From Myxococcota bacterium (GTDB lineage Bacteria > Myxococcota_A > UBA796 > CAJQPC01), in NCBI GenBank assembly GCA_036229005.1, contig JAZAMN010000011.1:96001-160000 (forward strand): a stretch of 64,000 nt of DNA. The letters run 5' to 3'. The first letter of the stretch is position 1; each line of letters opens with the position of its first letter. A program made the translations under genes and the position numbers. The notes beneath the pieces were generated by a model. That model saw nothing but the letters and a program-made list of their open reading frames with translations, ran no database searches and was not told the DNA's origin. Shown one piece after another: positions 31,336 to 42,306 of the stretch.

Positions 31336-32967
31336 ATGCTCACGCTGTTCATTGGATGCTTGGTTTCGCCAGGGGAATACGAACTACTGCTTGAGGACGC
31401 TCAGGACGCCGACGACGACGGCGACATCTCGGAGGTCTACGGTGGTGCCGACTGCGATGATGCTGATCACGCAATCCACAGCCGAGCCCAGGAACTTTGC
31501 GACCAGATCGACAACGACTGCGACGGTCTCATTGACGAGGGCATAGCCACCCAAGCCTGGTACCTCGATGCCGACCGCGATGGCTTTGGAGACTTGAGCA
31601 CAGCCGTGGACCGCTGCTCCGCCCCTGAGGACCATGTCCTGGAGCCTGGCGACTGCGACGACAGCGAGGATGATGTGAACCCTGATGCAGAAGAGATCTG
31701 CAACGACGGGATAGACAATGACTGCGACGGGGGAGCTCCCGAATGTGCATGGGGCGGGACCTATGACCTGGCCCTGGCTGACGCCGTGATCCGGAGCGAA
31801 TCAGGCCTCGACTACTTTGGACTCACGCTGGCTGTCGTCGACGCCAACGGAGATGGCACGGATGAAGTCGCCATCGGTGCCCCGTTCCGAGACAGCGACG
31901 AGTTCTCCGACGCTGGCGTTGTCTACCTCTTCTCCAACGTGACCGGCAGCCACTTCGCGCACGAAGAGGCAACTTGGCAGGTTCCAGGAACTGAGTCTGG
32001 GGCTGGCCTCGGCCTCTACAGCCTTGGTCTCTCCGATTTCAATGGCGATGGCTACGGGGATCTGGCAGTTGGCGGTGACGACCGCTACGGAGCAGTACAT
32101 GTATGGACCGGCTCAGCGGCCGGCTACAGCCAAAGTCCTCAGCTGACATTCACCGCCCCCGAGTCAGGGCGGACCTCTTGGGGAGAGGGAATGGCCTCAA
32201 TCCAAGTCGAAGACGGGACCACTGGCTTGGCCATCGGCGCTCCTGACGCCAGCATACCAGCCCTCTATCTATGGTTCGACCTGGTTTCGGCCACCAATCC
32301 AGCCTCCAGTGCTGACCTGGTCGTGGAGGGAGAAGGTATCGGCGAGTCTCTCTCGAGCACAGCATCCGGCGACCTCGACGGAGATGGACAGGGCGATCTG
32401 GTGCTCACTTTGGAGGACAGAGACATCGTTGCCCTTGGATACGGGCCCCTTCCCAGGGGAGTCATCCCTGTCGCCGACCTCGGTAGGCAACTCCACGCAG
32501 AAGGGCTTGAGCCTGGAACCGGGCCAGCTGTCGGAGACTTCGATGGAGATGGCTACGACGACGGTGTCTTCGCAGACATCAGCACAGGCACACTCTACCT
32601 TCATCACGGGTCAGCGTCCCGAGAGTGGGCAGACCACATCGCCGACACGGATGTCGTTATCGAGACCGGCTACGAAGGAGGCGGACTCGTAATGTCAGCG
32701 GGGAGTCTCGTTTCCGAGACAGACCTGTTGGTGACTGTTCCCAGGTACGTCGAAGACAACTGGCAGGGAACCCTCATACAAGTCTTCTCATCCCCCATCT
32801 CCGTAGACTCGAGCCCGGCGGTGACTGCCACCGGCGACGGTCGTTACTGTGGATTTGGGGTCGCCACCGCCGATCTGAACGGTGACAACGCGCCCGATCT
32901 CATCGTGTCATGTCCTCTGGCAGAAGACCGCGGTCTGGCCTACATCCAATTTGGCCGAACACTCTAA
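31336..32967 (+). CDS. Lipoprotein with two MopE-type repeats and FG-GAP propeller (paralogue of 14489-16333)
   Basis: Repeats plus DANGDGTDEVAIGAP, DFNGDGYGDLAVG; SD AGGAGG. Confidence 0.85.
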   Translation: MLTLFIGCLVSPGEYELLLEDAQDADDDGDISEVYGGADCDDADHAIHSRAQELCDQIDNDCDGLIDEGIATQAWYLDADRDGFGDLSTAVDRCSAPEDHVLEPGDCDDSEDDVNPDAEEICNDGIDNDCDGGAPECAWGGTYDLALADAVIRSESGLDYFGLTLAVVDANGDGTDEVAIGAPFRDSDEFSDAGVVYLFSNVTGSHFAHEEATWQVPGTESGAGLGLYSLGLSDFNGDGYGDLAVGGDDRYGAVHVWTGSAAGYSQSPQLTFTAPESGRTSWGEGMASIQVEDGTTGLAIGAPDASIPALYLWFDLVSATNPASSADLVVEGEGIGESLSSTASGDLDGDGQGDLVLTLEDRDIVALGYGPLPRGVIPVADLGRQLHAEGLEPGTGPAVGDFDGDGYDDGVFADISTGTLYLHHGSASREWADHIADTDVVIETGYEGGGLVMSAGSLVSETDLLVTVPRYVEDNWQGTLIQVFSSPISVDSSPAVTATGDGRYCGFGVATADLNGDNAPDLIVSCPLAEDRGLAYIQFGRTL

Positions 32968-34484
32968 AAAATGATGTCCGCCCCCGCATCAATCCGGAGA
33001 CTGTAGGTCTGGGAGCACCCCTTCGTGACCCAACTTGATGGATAGATCCGCAGCGCCCAGTCGCTATCCGTCCCCCACTCCTTGGGCTTGGTCAGCCTCA
33101 ACACCCCCCCACCAGACACGCTGGCAGAGGTGTAGAGCACGCTCCCATTGTCAAGGTCGTACAGCTCCGCGACCCAAGCCCCGCTGGCAGGGAGGCTCGT
33201 GATTTGGACGGTGAAATAGGCTGACTCGAATAGGTTGTCGCCAACGTCGAAGACAAACCAGTCCTCGTCTCCTGGCCCCGACATTGTCAGGCCGGAGACC
33301 GACAGGCTGTCACCGCTCCACAACAAGCCATCAACCTCCCCAAAGTCATAGGCCCCCGCCTGCGACTCATTCTCTTCGTAACTGTCCCACCAGTCCTCGT
33401 TGTTGTCCCCATCGCAGTCCTGATCGACCCCGTCGCAGACCTCGGCCTCGCCAGGAGACACCTTGGGGTTGCCGTCATCGCAGTCCCCCATGTTCTCGGT
33501 GTAGCCGTCCCCGTCGTTGTCGTAGTTGTCGGGGTCGATCACGATGACCTGCGCGCTCGCGGATCCCTCGTTCCCGTCCTCGTCGACGGCCCGCAGTGTC
33601 AGGGTGTGCGTGCCCTCCATCAGCGAGAAGGATGAGGACACCTTGCCGGAGCTGTCCGCAGCCCCTCCCCACAGAGAGCCCTGCAGGTCCGAGTCGAAGG
33701 AGAGGGAGAGGGCATTGGGCGCCGTCAGATCATCGCCCACCGTCGCGGACAGCGTGATGGTGTCGGTCGTCCAGTGGTTGGCTCCGTCCTTCGGCGAGGT
33801 CAGCGTGACCGTAGGCCGGGCATCCTCCAGGATCTCGATGCCGACGGTGGCGCTCCCGACCTTGTCCTCCAGATCCAGGCAGCGCAGCGACAATGTCGCC
33901 GCCCCGATGCTGAGCCCGGTGAGCGCCTGGGTGACACCGCCGTTGGCCGCGGGGCTCCCCGTCCACAGCATGCCGTCGCGGGAAGAGACGATCTCGCAAG
34001 ACAGCTCCCCCGGAAGCTGGACGTCGTCCTCCACGAAGGCCACCACGTTGACCTCGGCGCTGGCAGGGAACGCGTCCCCCTCCATGGGGCCGATGATGTT
34101 CACGACCGGGGACCCGGGGACGTTCTCGCCGTTGCCGACCTCGATCTCGACCGTGGCCCGACCGGCCTCGCCCGAGGCGTCGATGGCCTCCAGCGTGATC
34201 ACGTGCGGTCCGGGAGAGAGGCCCGTGACCGGCAGCAGCACGACCCCGCTGGCGTCTGGGACCGCCGTGCCCAGCTCTCCATCCACAGAGGAGGCCCAGG
34301 TGACCTCCAGGGTCTGCGGGTCCTGCTGGTCGTCTCGGGCGATCCCCGCGAGCTCGACGCTGTCCCCGGGGGGAACGGCCATGCCCTCTTCGGGCGAGGT
34401 GATGCTCACCGAGGGCGGCGTGTTGTAGACGCCCACCTCATTGTCATTGCAGGCGACAAACGCCAGAAGGAGGACAGAGCTCAT
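32964..34484 (-). CDS. Lipoprotein with three Ig-like domains, one MopE-type repeat and a PPC-like C-domain
   Basis: Lipobox FVA-C; P.V.I.SP..G..H.ITL.A.D repeats; GDEDWF. Confidence 0.8.
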   Translation of the reverse strand: MSSVLLLAFVACNDNEVGVYNTPPSVSITSPEEGMAVPPGDSVELAGIARDDQQDPQTLEVTWASSVDGELGTAVPDASGVVLLPVTGLSPGPHVITLEAIDASGEAGRATVEIEVGNGENVPGSPVVNIIGPMEGDAFPASAEVNVVAFVEDDVQLPGELSCEIVSSRDGMLWTGSPAANGGVTQALTGLSIGAATLSLRCLDLEDKVGSATVGIEILEDARPTVTLTSPKDGANHWTTDTITLSATVGDDLTAPNALSLSFDSDLQGSLWGGAADSSGKVSSSFSLMEGTHTLTLRAVDEDGNEGSASAQVIVIDPDNYDNDGDGYTENMGDCDDGNPKVSPGEAEVCDGVDQDCDGDNNEDWWDSYEENESQAGAYDFGEVDGLLWSGDSLSVSGLTMSGPGDEDWFVFDVGDNLFESAYFTVQITSLPASGAWVAELYDLDNGSVLYTSASVSGGGVLRLTKPKEWGTDSDWALRIYPSSWVTKGCSQTYSLRIDAGADIIF

Positions 34485-34555
34485 CCGTTGATTCCCGTCC
34501 GGTGCCTGGGGCAGACCAGTATACAACGCGACAAGCACCTGCGAGGCGTTAGACG

Positions 34556-35569
<1,014 letters not shown>

Positions 35570-35571
35570 GC

Positions 35572-36468
35572 TCAGCCCTTCTTGCGGCGGTCCCCGAAGC
35601 GGCTGTCCGAGCGCACCGGGTTGGGATCCCGCGCCTCCCGGGCCTGCTGGCCGATGCCCTCCTCGGGAGAGAAGGCATCGATCTCACGCACCAGACGGCG
35701 CCGCGGCCGGGTCACGAACTCGGCGATGTTGTCGGCCACGCGGACACCAGCGGGCTCCAGCATGGGGTGGTGGCTGACGTCATCAAAGCGCCAGAGCACC
35801 GCACCGAAGTAGTCCGCCAGCAGCCTGGACTGGTGCAGCGTCACGATGGGGTCCTTGAAGCCATGGACCACCAACATCGGCGCCGAGATCGCGTCGCGGG
35901 GGATGTCCGGCCTCGACAGCCCGAGTTCGCGCGTCAGGCGGTTGGGCCAGGGGGTGAGTCGCTGCAGCGCCTTGGACTGCGCATCCGAGGGCAGTTGGTC
36001 GAAGCCGCAGTCCAGATACGCCTTCTCCGAGAGCGCCAGAGGACGTCCGCGCGCCAGTCCCATGAGCTGCGGCAGGAAGGAGCGGATCCCGGTGCGGGTC
36101 GGTCGCATCCACACCGCCTTGGGCGTCGCGCTGGCCACACATACCAGAGACTGCACGTCCACCTGCGAGGCCACCATCTGCGCGACCAGCCCCCCCATCG
36201 AGTGACCGATCAGAGCCACCGGCCCCTTGAGGGAGGAGAGGGATCTGGAGACGGACTCAGCGAGTTGGCCCAACCCCGGGTCCTGATCGCTCTGCGAACC
36301 ATGACCGGGCAGCTCGAGCGCAAGCGAGGACAGGCCGTGCTGTTCTGCCCAGCGCCGCTGATCCCGCTCCCAGATCCATGGCCCCAGGCCAATGCCGTGA
36401 AGCAAGACCAGGGTCGGCCCATCTGAGGAGCCTTCAACCAGCACACCGGGGAGATCGCCAAATCGCAT
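35572..36468 (-). CDS. Alpha/beta hydrolase
   Basis: LLHG, GHSMGG, D and H of the triad. Confidence 0.85.
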   Translation of the reverse strand: MRFGDLPGVLVEGSSDGPTLVLLHGIGLGPWIWERDQRRWAEQHGLSSLALELPGHGSQSDQDPGLGQLAESVSRSLSSLKGPVALIGHSMGGLVAQMVASQVDVQSLVCVASATPKAVWMRPTRTGIRSFLPQLMGLARGRPLALSEKAYLDCGFDQLPSDAQSKALQRLTPWPNRLTRELGLSRPDIPRDAISAPMLVVHGFKDPIVTLHQSRLLADYFGAVLWRFDDVSHHPMLEPAGVRVADNIAEFVTRPRRRLVREIDAFSPEEGIGQQAREARDPNPVRSDSRFGDRRKKG

Positions 36469-36541
36469 CCCCCTCGACCTAGCCCATCCAGACGCTGAAC
36501 GCACCTTGGCTTGGGCCAGCAACGCACTTAGCTTCCGGAAC

Positions 36542-37816
36542 ATGCTGCTGCTCCTGATCTCCTGTTGGACCAAAGAGATCCCCGCACACCTGCAGCCAGG
36601 GCTGGCTGCCCCGGTGACCGCTCCTGTGTCTGCCCCGGTGGACCTGTCAGAGGCGATGGACCGCCTGGTCGCTCGGGATCCCCTGCTCCGCCGGCCCGAT
36701 CTCGACGCAGCGGCCCAATGGCCTCCGCTGGATCCCGCTCTGAGCGCCTACCTGGACAGGGTGGCCGAGCAACCCGCTGAGCCCGCAGCCTTCCAGTCCC
36801 TGGAACAGGAGCACCCCGGAACGGTCGCGGTCGTGCTGGCCCGAGGCTGGCGACTCGCCGCCATCGAGCACTTCGGCACCCAGCTCAGCTCCAGCCTCCC
36901 GCTCCAACGCCAGGCTGGGCTGTGGCTCATGCCCTTTGGCGCCAGCGGTGTGACTCCCCAGGACCGGGGTCCCTGGAGCTGGCTGCCCCCCGATCAGATC
37001 CTCACCTATGCTGAACAGTGGGTCCTCCGCGCTTGGCTGGAGGCACCGGACCTTCCCCAGCAAGCCCTGGCGGAGACTCTGTCCGACCCGACCTTCGACC
37101 GGCTCGCCCTCTCCCCAGAGGGCCTGATCCTGAGCGCCCCCCGCGCCGGCGATGCCGACCTCAAAGCGCTCAATGACCTGGTCACGCTCTTCTTGGAGTC
37201 GGTCGCGGCAGACAGCAACAGCGAGCAGGCCCGACACCGGGAGAACATCGAGGCCCTGGAGGAGCAACTTGGGGTGGAGCACGCCGCACTCGAGACCTAC
37301 GCCCAGTCGGTCCGGCTGGAGCTCGGCTCTGCAGGCGGTGACCGGGGACGCGGGGGCGCCTTGATGGCCTGGCAAGTAGAGCGCTGGCTGGATCCCTCCC
37401 GCGGCTGGGGCCTGGACCGCAGCGAGAACCTGCAGAGAGCCGCCCGGTGGGATCCCAGCCTTGAGGCGCCCGCCGCAGTCCTTCAGGTCGCACTCCTCAA
37501 GGACCTCGTGGACCGACTGGAGGTCGGACTCAAGAGAGGCCGCATCACCCACCTGCTGCCTCCGCTGGCCGACGCACTGAACGGAGTGGGGCACGCCCGC
37601 CTCCCCATGCGATGGCTGGAGCGTCCTGGCCCTGAGCCGGCGACCTGGTTGGATCTGACCCGGGCCGCGGGAGCGCCGGATGGCACCACCCCAGAAGAGG
37701 GGCTCGCCGCGCTCAACGCACTGCTCGCCGAGCGGTGCACGGTGGCGCTGAGGAACACGCTGCCGTCGGAGCAGCGCGCGCTCATCGAGCGCATCCAACG
37801 CAAGGCCACCCAGTGA
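36542..37816 (+). CDS. Hypothetical helical lipoprotein
   Basis: Long ORF starting MLLLLIS-C; family not recognised; alternative TTG start at 36506. Confidence 0.6.
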   Translation: MLLLLISCWTKEIPAHLQPGLAAPVTAPVSAPVDLSEAMDRLVARDPLLRRPDLDAAAQWPPLDPALSAYLDRVAEQPAEPAAFQSLEQEHPGTVAVVLARGWRLAAIEHFGTQLSSSLPLQRQAGLWLMPFGASGVTPQDRGPWSWLPPDQILTYAEQWVLRAWLEAPDLPQQALAETLSDPTFDRLALSPEGLILSAPRAGDADLKALNDLVTLFLESVAADSNSEQARHRENIEALEEQLGVEHAALETYAQSVRLELGSAGGDRGRGGALMAWQVERWLDPSRGWGLDRSENLQRAARWDPSLEAPAAVLQVALLKDLVDRLEVGLKRGRITHLLPPLADALNGVGHARLPMRWLERPGPEPATWLDLTRAAGAPDGTTPEEGLAALNALLAERCTVALRNTLPSEQRALIERIQRKATQ

Positions 37817-38703
37817 GCCTCCTCGTGGAGCGCTTCGAGCGCCTCAGATTCAAGGCGCTCTGGCAACTGGGCGCCGACCCCGTGGAGCTCGAACGCCTGG
37901 AGCGCGAGGTCCTCCTGACCGCGCCAGCCCACCCACTGGTCATGAACCACCGGGCCCGCCTGGCGCTCCCAGAGACCGAGCTTCCGCCCCCGCCCCGCGG
38001 TCTGTCCGGCATCGCCAAGGCCTGGCTGATGGGGGACATCCGGGCAGCCCGCGGCCTGGCGGAGAAGCACAAGGGACCTCGGATCCAGGTGATCCGCGGA
38101 GACCTGGCGCTGGCGGAGCGGGCCCACCAGCAGGCGCTGGAGCACTACTCGCTCGCCGAGCGCGTCTTTGGGACCCACCCTCCGCTCCTGGCCCGTCAGG
38201 CCAGATGCCACCTCTCCCTGGGCGAGCACCAGCAAGCCAAGCAGCGGGTTGTCCTCGCGCTCTCCATCAATCCACTCTACGGGTCCGCGCGGACCCTGCG
38301 CTGGGAGGTGGGCGCACATGCAGGGACCAAGCTCCGCCCCGTCCCCCTCCAGGCCCCTATCCAGGTCAAACAGGGCAGCCTGTTCATCCCCAAGGACATG
38401 GACGAAGAGAGCCAGCGGGTCTGGCAAGCCTGGTACCAGGGCCTGCTGCGAGAGGACCCGACACGTCCGCCGCGCAGCCTCGCCCACGAGGCGCTGCTCT
38501 CCGCCTTTGGCAGCCGAAGCATCCACCACGAGGGGACCCAGGCCCTGTGCGAGCTCCTCGCACTGTGGCGAGGCCAAGAGCTCCTGGGGTCCTATCAGTG
38601 GAGCATGGGCCTGACCCCTGAGCGGGCACCGCAGTTCCGGAGCTGGCACGACCTGAACCAGGATGCCCTCCACCGATTCTGGGACCAAGGCATCGAGGCC
38701 TGA
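37813..38703 (+). CDS. Hypothetical TPR-containing protein
   Basis: GTGA overlap with previous gene; TPR-like central segment. Confidence 0.6.
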   Translation: MSLLVERFERLRFKALWQLGADPVELERLEREVLLTAPAHPLVMNHRARLALPETELPPPPRGLSGIAKAWLMGDIRAARGLAEKHKGPRIQVIRGDLALAERAHQQALEHYSLAERVFGTHPPLLARQARCHLSLGEHQQAKQRVVLALSINPLYGSARTLRWEVGAHAGTKLRPVPLQAPIQVKQGSLFIPKDMDEESQRVWQAWYQGLLREDPTRPPRSLAHEALLSAFGSRSIHHEGTQALCELLALWRGQELLGSYQWSMGLTPERAPQFRSWHDLNQDALHRFWDQGIEA

Positions 38704-38739
38704 GCCTCCCTCCCTTGCTCCGGCTTGAAGCCCGCAGAG

Positions 38740-38770
38740 CAAGAGAGCCCCGCCCGAAGGCGAGGCTCCC
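38740..38770 (-). terminator. Terminator of 38789-40690 gene
   Basis: Minus strand GAGCCTCGCC-TTCG-GGCGGGGCTC-TCTTG. Confidence 0.65.
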
Positions 38771-38788
38771 ATCAGTCCCAGACCAGAC

Positions 38789-40690
38789 TCAGCTACCGGT
38801 GCAGGAGAAGTCGATGGTCATGGTGTCGGAGTCGGTGGCGCCGTAGCAGTCGGTGACCTGGAGACCCATGATCACGCTCGCGGTGTTGGTGCTGCCGTAG
38901 GTCGCGGAGACCCCGGAGACCGTGACCTCGGGGGTGTCGCTGCTGCTGTCGTCGATGGAGACGGTCGCGCCGTCGTTGTCGTCGACCGTCCAGCTGTAGG
39001 ACATCCAGTAGGCGGACTCAGCGTCACTGGAACCCGAGGCATCCAGGTCGAACTTGTAGTCGTCGCAGTCATCGCAGCTATAGGACGCGCCGTAGCTGAT
39101 GGCCTGGCAGGTCACGCTGTCGCTGTAGCTCTGGTCGCTACCAGCGTCCGCGACCGGCGCGGTGTTGCTGCCTGCTGCCGTGACCACGGCGGTGACGGTG
39201 GAGGGGTAGCTGTCAGCACCACCGTCGTTCACCGTCAGGGTGAAGACGTAGGTGCCGTCGACATCCGGGGTGAAGGTGGGGTTGGCAGCGGTGTAGTCGC
39301 TGAGATCGGAGGTGGTGGCCACCGAGGTCGCGGGCGCCGAGGTCAGCTCCCACTCGTAGGTCAGAACACCGGAACTATCGGGGTCGTAGGAGCTGGAGCC
39401 GTCCAGGTAGAGCACGCTGCAGTGCTCCAGGCTGGAGGAGCTGTCGTAGGTTCCAACCGCGATGGGCATGACCTCGGCATCACCGTCGCAGTCGTTGTCG
39501 ATGCCGGTCTCGACCTCGGGCGCGCCGGGGTAGACGGTGACGCTGGTGTCGTCACAGTCGCCGTCGTCGCGGGAGAACCCGTCGCCGTCGTGATCGATGT
39601 GGGAGCACAGCTCGTTCTCCTCACCCGGAGAGCCGGCGTCACCCAGCAGCTCCCAGGAGTCCAAGGAGGTGCACCAGTTGTTGACGTCGTCGTTCAACGT
39701 CGCGTCGACGCTGCCGGGATCCAGGTTGATCGAGCCACCATCGGGGTCCGGCATCGTGGCGCCATCATCCCAGCTCAGGCTGTCGATCACGACCCCTTCT
39801 GCGGACAGGGAGACGTCGTCACTCTCGTTGGAGAGCGAGATCCCCGAGTACTCGTAGTCGACGGTCATGTTGCCGTTGGTGGAGGTGTTCGAGTTCGCGC
39901 CCAGCACCAGGTACTCGCCCGCCCCGATGACCAGGGGGTCACCAGGAGCGATCACGTGCGACTCACTCCCGGACTGGATCTGGATGCCGGCGAGATTCAG
40001 ATCCCCGGCGGTGGTGTTGTAGATCTCGAACCACTCACCGTTCGGGTCGGTGATGTTCTTGGGGTTGTTCATCACCTCGGTGATGACCAACTCACCGCCT
40101 GCCCAGGGCAGCTCGTCCGTCATGCCGTCGCAGTCGTTGTCCACGCCATCACCGTCGACCTCGGTGTTGCCGGGGTAGGCGCTGGCGTCGGAGTCGTCGC
40201 AGTCGTCCTGGCACTGGGTCACGCCGTCACCATCGACGTCGTAGCCCTCGTCCACGAGGCTGTCGCCGTCGTTGTCCAGGCCGTCGCAGATCTCGCTGCC
40301 CACGCAGTCAGCGACACCGTCGCCGTCTGCATCAGCGAAGCCCTCGTCGACGCCACCGTCGCCGTCGTTGTCCAGGCCGTCGCAGTCCTCGACGTCCATG
40401 CAGTCCGCGGTGGAGTCGCCGTCGCTGTCTGCGAAGCCCTCGTCCGTCAGGCCGTTGCAGTTGTCGTCGACGCCGTTGCAGTCTTCGGTGCGGCCCGGGT
40501 AGACGTCGGCGTTGTTGTCGTCGCAGTCCCCGTCTTCCGCGGTGACGCCGTCAAGGTCGGCGTCGGTGGGGTCGGAGCTGTCTACGGGAATGGGCTCTTC
40601 GGAGTCCACCACGAGCTCGTCGTCCTTACAGGCGGCGAGCGTGAGGAGGAGGGAAGACGCGAACAGGGCCGATGCGGTCTTGATGTTCAT
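38789..40690 (-). CDS. Lipoprotein with MopE-type repeats, lamin-tail domain and PKD-like domains
   Basis: Lipobox LAA-C; LVITEVMNNP..GEWFEIYN; LDGSSSYDPD; PVADAG. Confidence 0.85.
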   Translation of the reverse strand: MNIKTASALFASSLLLTLAACKDDELVVDSEEPIPVDSSDPTDADLDGVTAEDGDCDDNNADVYPGRTEDCNGVDDNCNGLTDEGFADSDGDSTADCMDVEDCDGLDNDGDGGVDEGFADADGDGVADCVGSEICDGLDNDGDSLVDEGYDVDGDGVTQCQDDCDDSDASAYPGNTEVDGDGVDNDCDGMTDELPWAGGELVITEVMNNPKNITDPNGEWFEIYNTTAGDLNLAGIQIQSGSESHVIAPGDPLVIGAGEYLVLGANSNTSTNGNMTVDYEYSGISLSNESDDVSLSAEGVVIDSLSWDDGATMPDPDGGSINLDPGSVDATLNDDVNNWCTSLDSWELLGDAGSPGEENELCSHIDHDGDGFSRDDGDCDDTSVTVYPGAPEVETGIDNDCDGDAEVMPIAVGTYDSSSSLEHCSVLYLDGSSSYDPDSSGVLTYEWELTSAPATSVATTSDLSDYTAANPTFTPDVDGTYVFTLTVNDGGADSYPSTVTAVVTAAGSNTAPVADAGSDQSYSDSVTCQAISYGASYSCDDCDDYKFDLDASGSSDAESAYWMSYSWTVDDNDGATVSIDDSSSDTPEVTVSGVSATYGSTNTASVIMGLQVTDCYGATDSDTMTIDFSCTGS

Positions 40691-40912
40691 GGGACAAAGC
40701 TCCCGAAGTAGAAGGGCTGGTCAGACAACGTCCGACGGACAATACCGTGAAAAGCAGATGCCAGACAAGATTTCATCCATTTTTCCATGCAAGGTCGGGG
40801 GGACGGTGTCCAACCCACCCAACGTACTTCCAACGGCACACCACATCCACGGGTTGAAGCTGACCTTGCGCTGAACTCCTGAAAAAAGCGATCCCCTCCA
40901 AGAGTTTTCGGC

Positions 40913-40940
40913 TTGACGTTTGGCCACTGGACGATAGATG
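40913..40940 (+). promoter_or_regulatory. Promoter of tRNA-Gly
   Basis: TTGACG-N16-TAGATG. Confidence 0.55.
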
Positions 40941-40981
40941 GGTGGGGCTTCGCGAGGACATCTCGCTGGGCGAAGAGCTGC

Positions 40982-41057
40982 GCGGGAGTAGCTCAGTTGG
41001 TAGAGCACCAGCTTGCCATGCTGGCTGTCGCGGGTTCGAATCCCGTCTCCCGCTCCA
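40982..41057 (+). tRNA. tRNA-Gly (GCC)
   Basis: Cloverleaf, anticodon arm CCAGC-TTGCCAT-GCTGG, GTTCGAA, encoded CCA. Confidence 0.97.
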
Positions 41058-41060
41058 TTC

Positions 41061-41090
41061 AAAAGCCGCCCTCCGGGGCGGCTTTTTTTC
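41061..41090 (+). terminator. Intrinsic (probably bidirectional) terminator
   Basis: AAAAGCCGCCC-tcc-GGGGCGGC-T7. Confidence 0.88.
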
Positions 41091-41115
41091 TCTGCCCCCG
41101 AAAGGTGCTTGCGGC

Positions 41116-42306
41116 TCAGGCTCCCTCCGCCTTGCCGTCCACAAAGCGCCTGCCCTTCCACTCCGACTCCACCCCGAAGAGAGAGCGGAGCAGGATCCAG
41201 GCGAACATCAGGTTCCCCAGTGGGTGCGTCAGGGCGTGGAGCCCGCTGCGTCCATCAGCCCGCTCCAAGCGAAAGCGGAAGGTGTGGATCAAGGCGATCA
41301 CCCCAAGCAGCCACGCCCCCCAGGGCCAGGTGGGCCCCGGCCAGATCCCAAGCAGGGAGCCCAGCCACGCCCCAAGCAGGGCGTAGGGCAGGAGCGTGCT
41401 GACCGCGATGAAGGTCATCGCTCCCAACGCGACCCCAGGTCGCCGGCCCATCCCCTCGTAGAGGTTCTTGCCGTATCCGGAGACGATCTCCGAGAGGCGC
41501 GTGTAGAGGCGGACCGAGAATGCCTCTGGGGCGTGGAACAGCCCCGTGGGCAGTCCGCGTTGCTTGAAGGCCTGAGCGAGCCGGACATCCTCCAGGACCT
41601 CGGCGCGGACGGCCTCGTGTCCCCCCAGGCTGTCGTAGGCCCCCCGTTCGACGAGGATGAACTGGCCGTTGGCGAAGGCCTCTCTGCGCCCGGGATCATT
41701 GATGGCGTCCAGGTCCACGGAGCCGCGGATGAACCACCCGATCACAGGGATCACCGCCACCTCCCAGAAGCTCTCGAGGGCCCAGTCTCCGAAGAGGGAG
41801 AGCAGCGCGAGCCCGCGAGCCTGCATCCGCGAAGCCGCCGTCCGCGCGGCCCATGGGGCGAGCCGAAGGTCCGCATCGACGAACAAGAGCTGCTCTCCCG
41901 CCGCCTCCCCAGCAGCGCGCTGACAGGCCCAAGGCTTCCCAGCCCAGCCCGCAGGAGGCTCCACGCCGGCGACCACCCTCAGGCGGGGATCTCCGCCGCC
42001 GGCATCCAGAGCCTCCTGGCGCGTGTTGTCCTCGCTCCGGTCATCAACGACGAGGACTTCGAAGTTGGGGTGGTCCTGGGTGAGCGCAGATCGCACGGCT
42101 GCCCCGATCTTCCCCTCCTCGTTCCGGGCAGGGATGCAGATGGAGAGCAGCGGGAGCTCCGCGGGGGTGGGCTCCTGAGCGTCCAGCCTGTGCCCGGTCC
42201 CCCAGCGACCGACTCCGAGCGCCAGGCCCGACCAGGTCAGGCTCATCAAGCCCAGGTAGCCGCCCGCGAGGACCGCAGAGAAGCCAGGGTCGGACCAGGT
42301 GATCAC
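41116..42306 (-). CDS. Membrane glycosyltransferase family 2 (CrtQ/HpnI-like architecture)
   Basis: IPARNEE, VDDRSED, GWAGKPWAC, FVDAD, ANGQF, LED; terminal TM helices. Confidence 0.9.
   Translation of the reverse strand: MITWSDPGFSAVLAGGYLGLMSLTWSGLALGVGRWGTGHRLDAQEPTPAELPLLSICIPARNEEGKIGAAVRSALTQDHPNFEVLVVDDRSEDNTRQEALDAGGGDPRLRVVAGVEPPAGWAGKPWACQRAAGEAAGEQLLFVDADLRLAPWAARTAASRMQARGLALLSLFGDWALESFWEVAVIPVIGWFIRGSVDLDAINDPGRREAFANGQFILVERGAYDSLGGHEAVRAEVLEDVRLAQAFKQRGLPTGLFHAPEAFSVRLYTRLSEIVSGYGKNLYEGMGRRPGVALGAMTFIAVSTLLPYALLGAWLGSLLGIWPGPTWPWGAWLLGVIALIHTFRFRLERADGRSGLHALTHPLGNLMFAWILLRSLFGVESEWKGRRFVDGKAEGA

Noticed and set aside
40130..40560. CRISPR array or DGR-like repeats
   Set aside because: In-frame degenerate MopE coding repeats; no spacers, cas or reverse transcriptase
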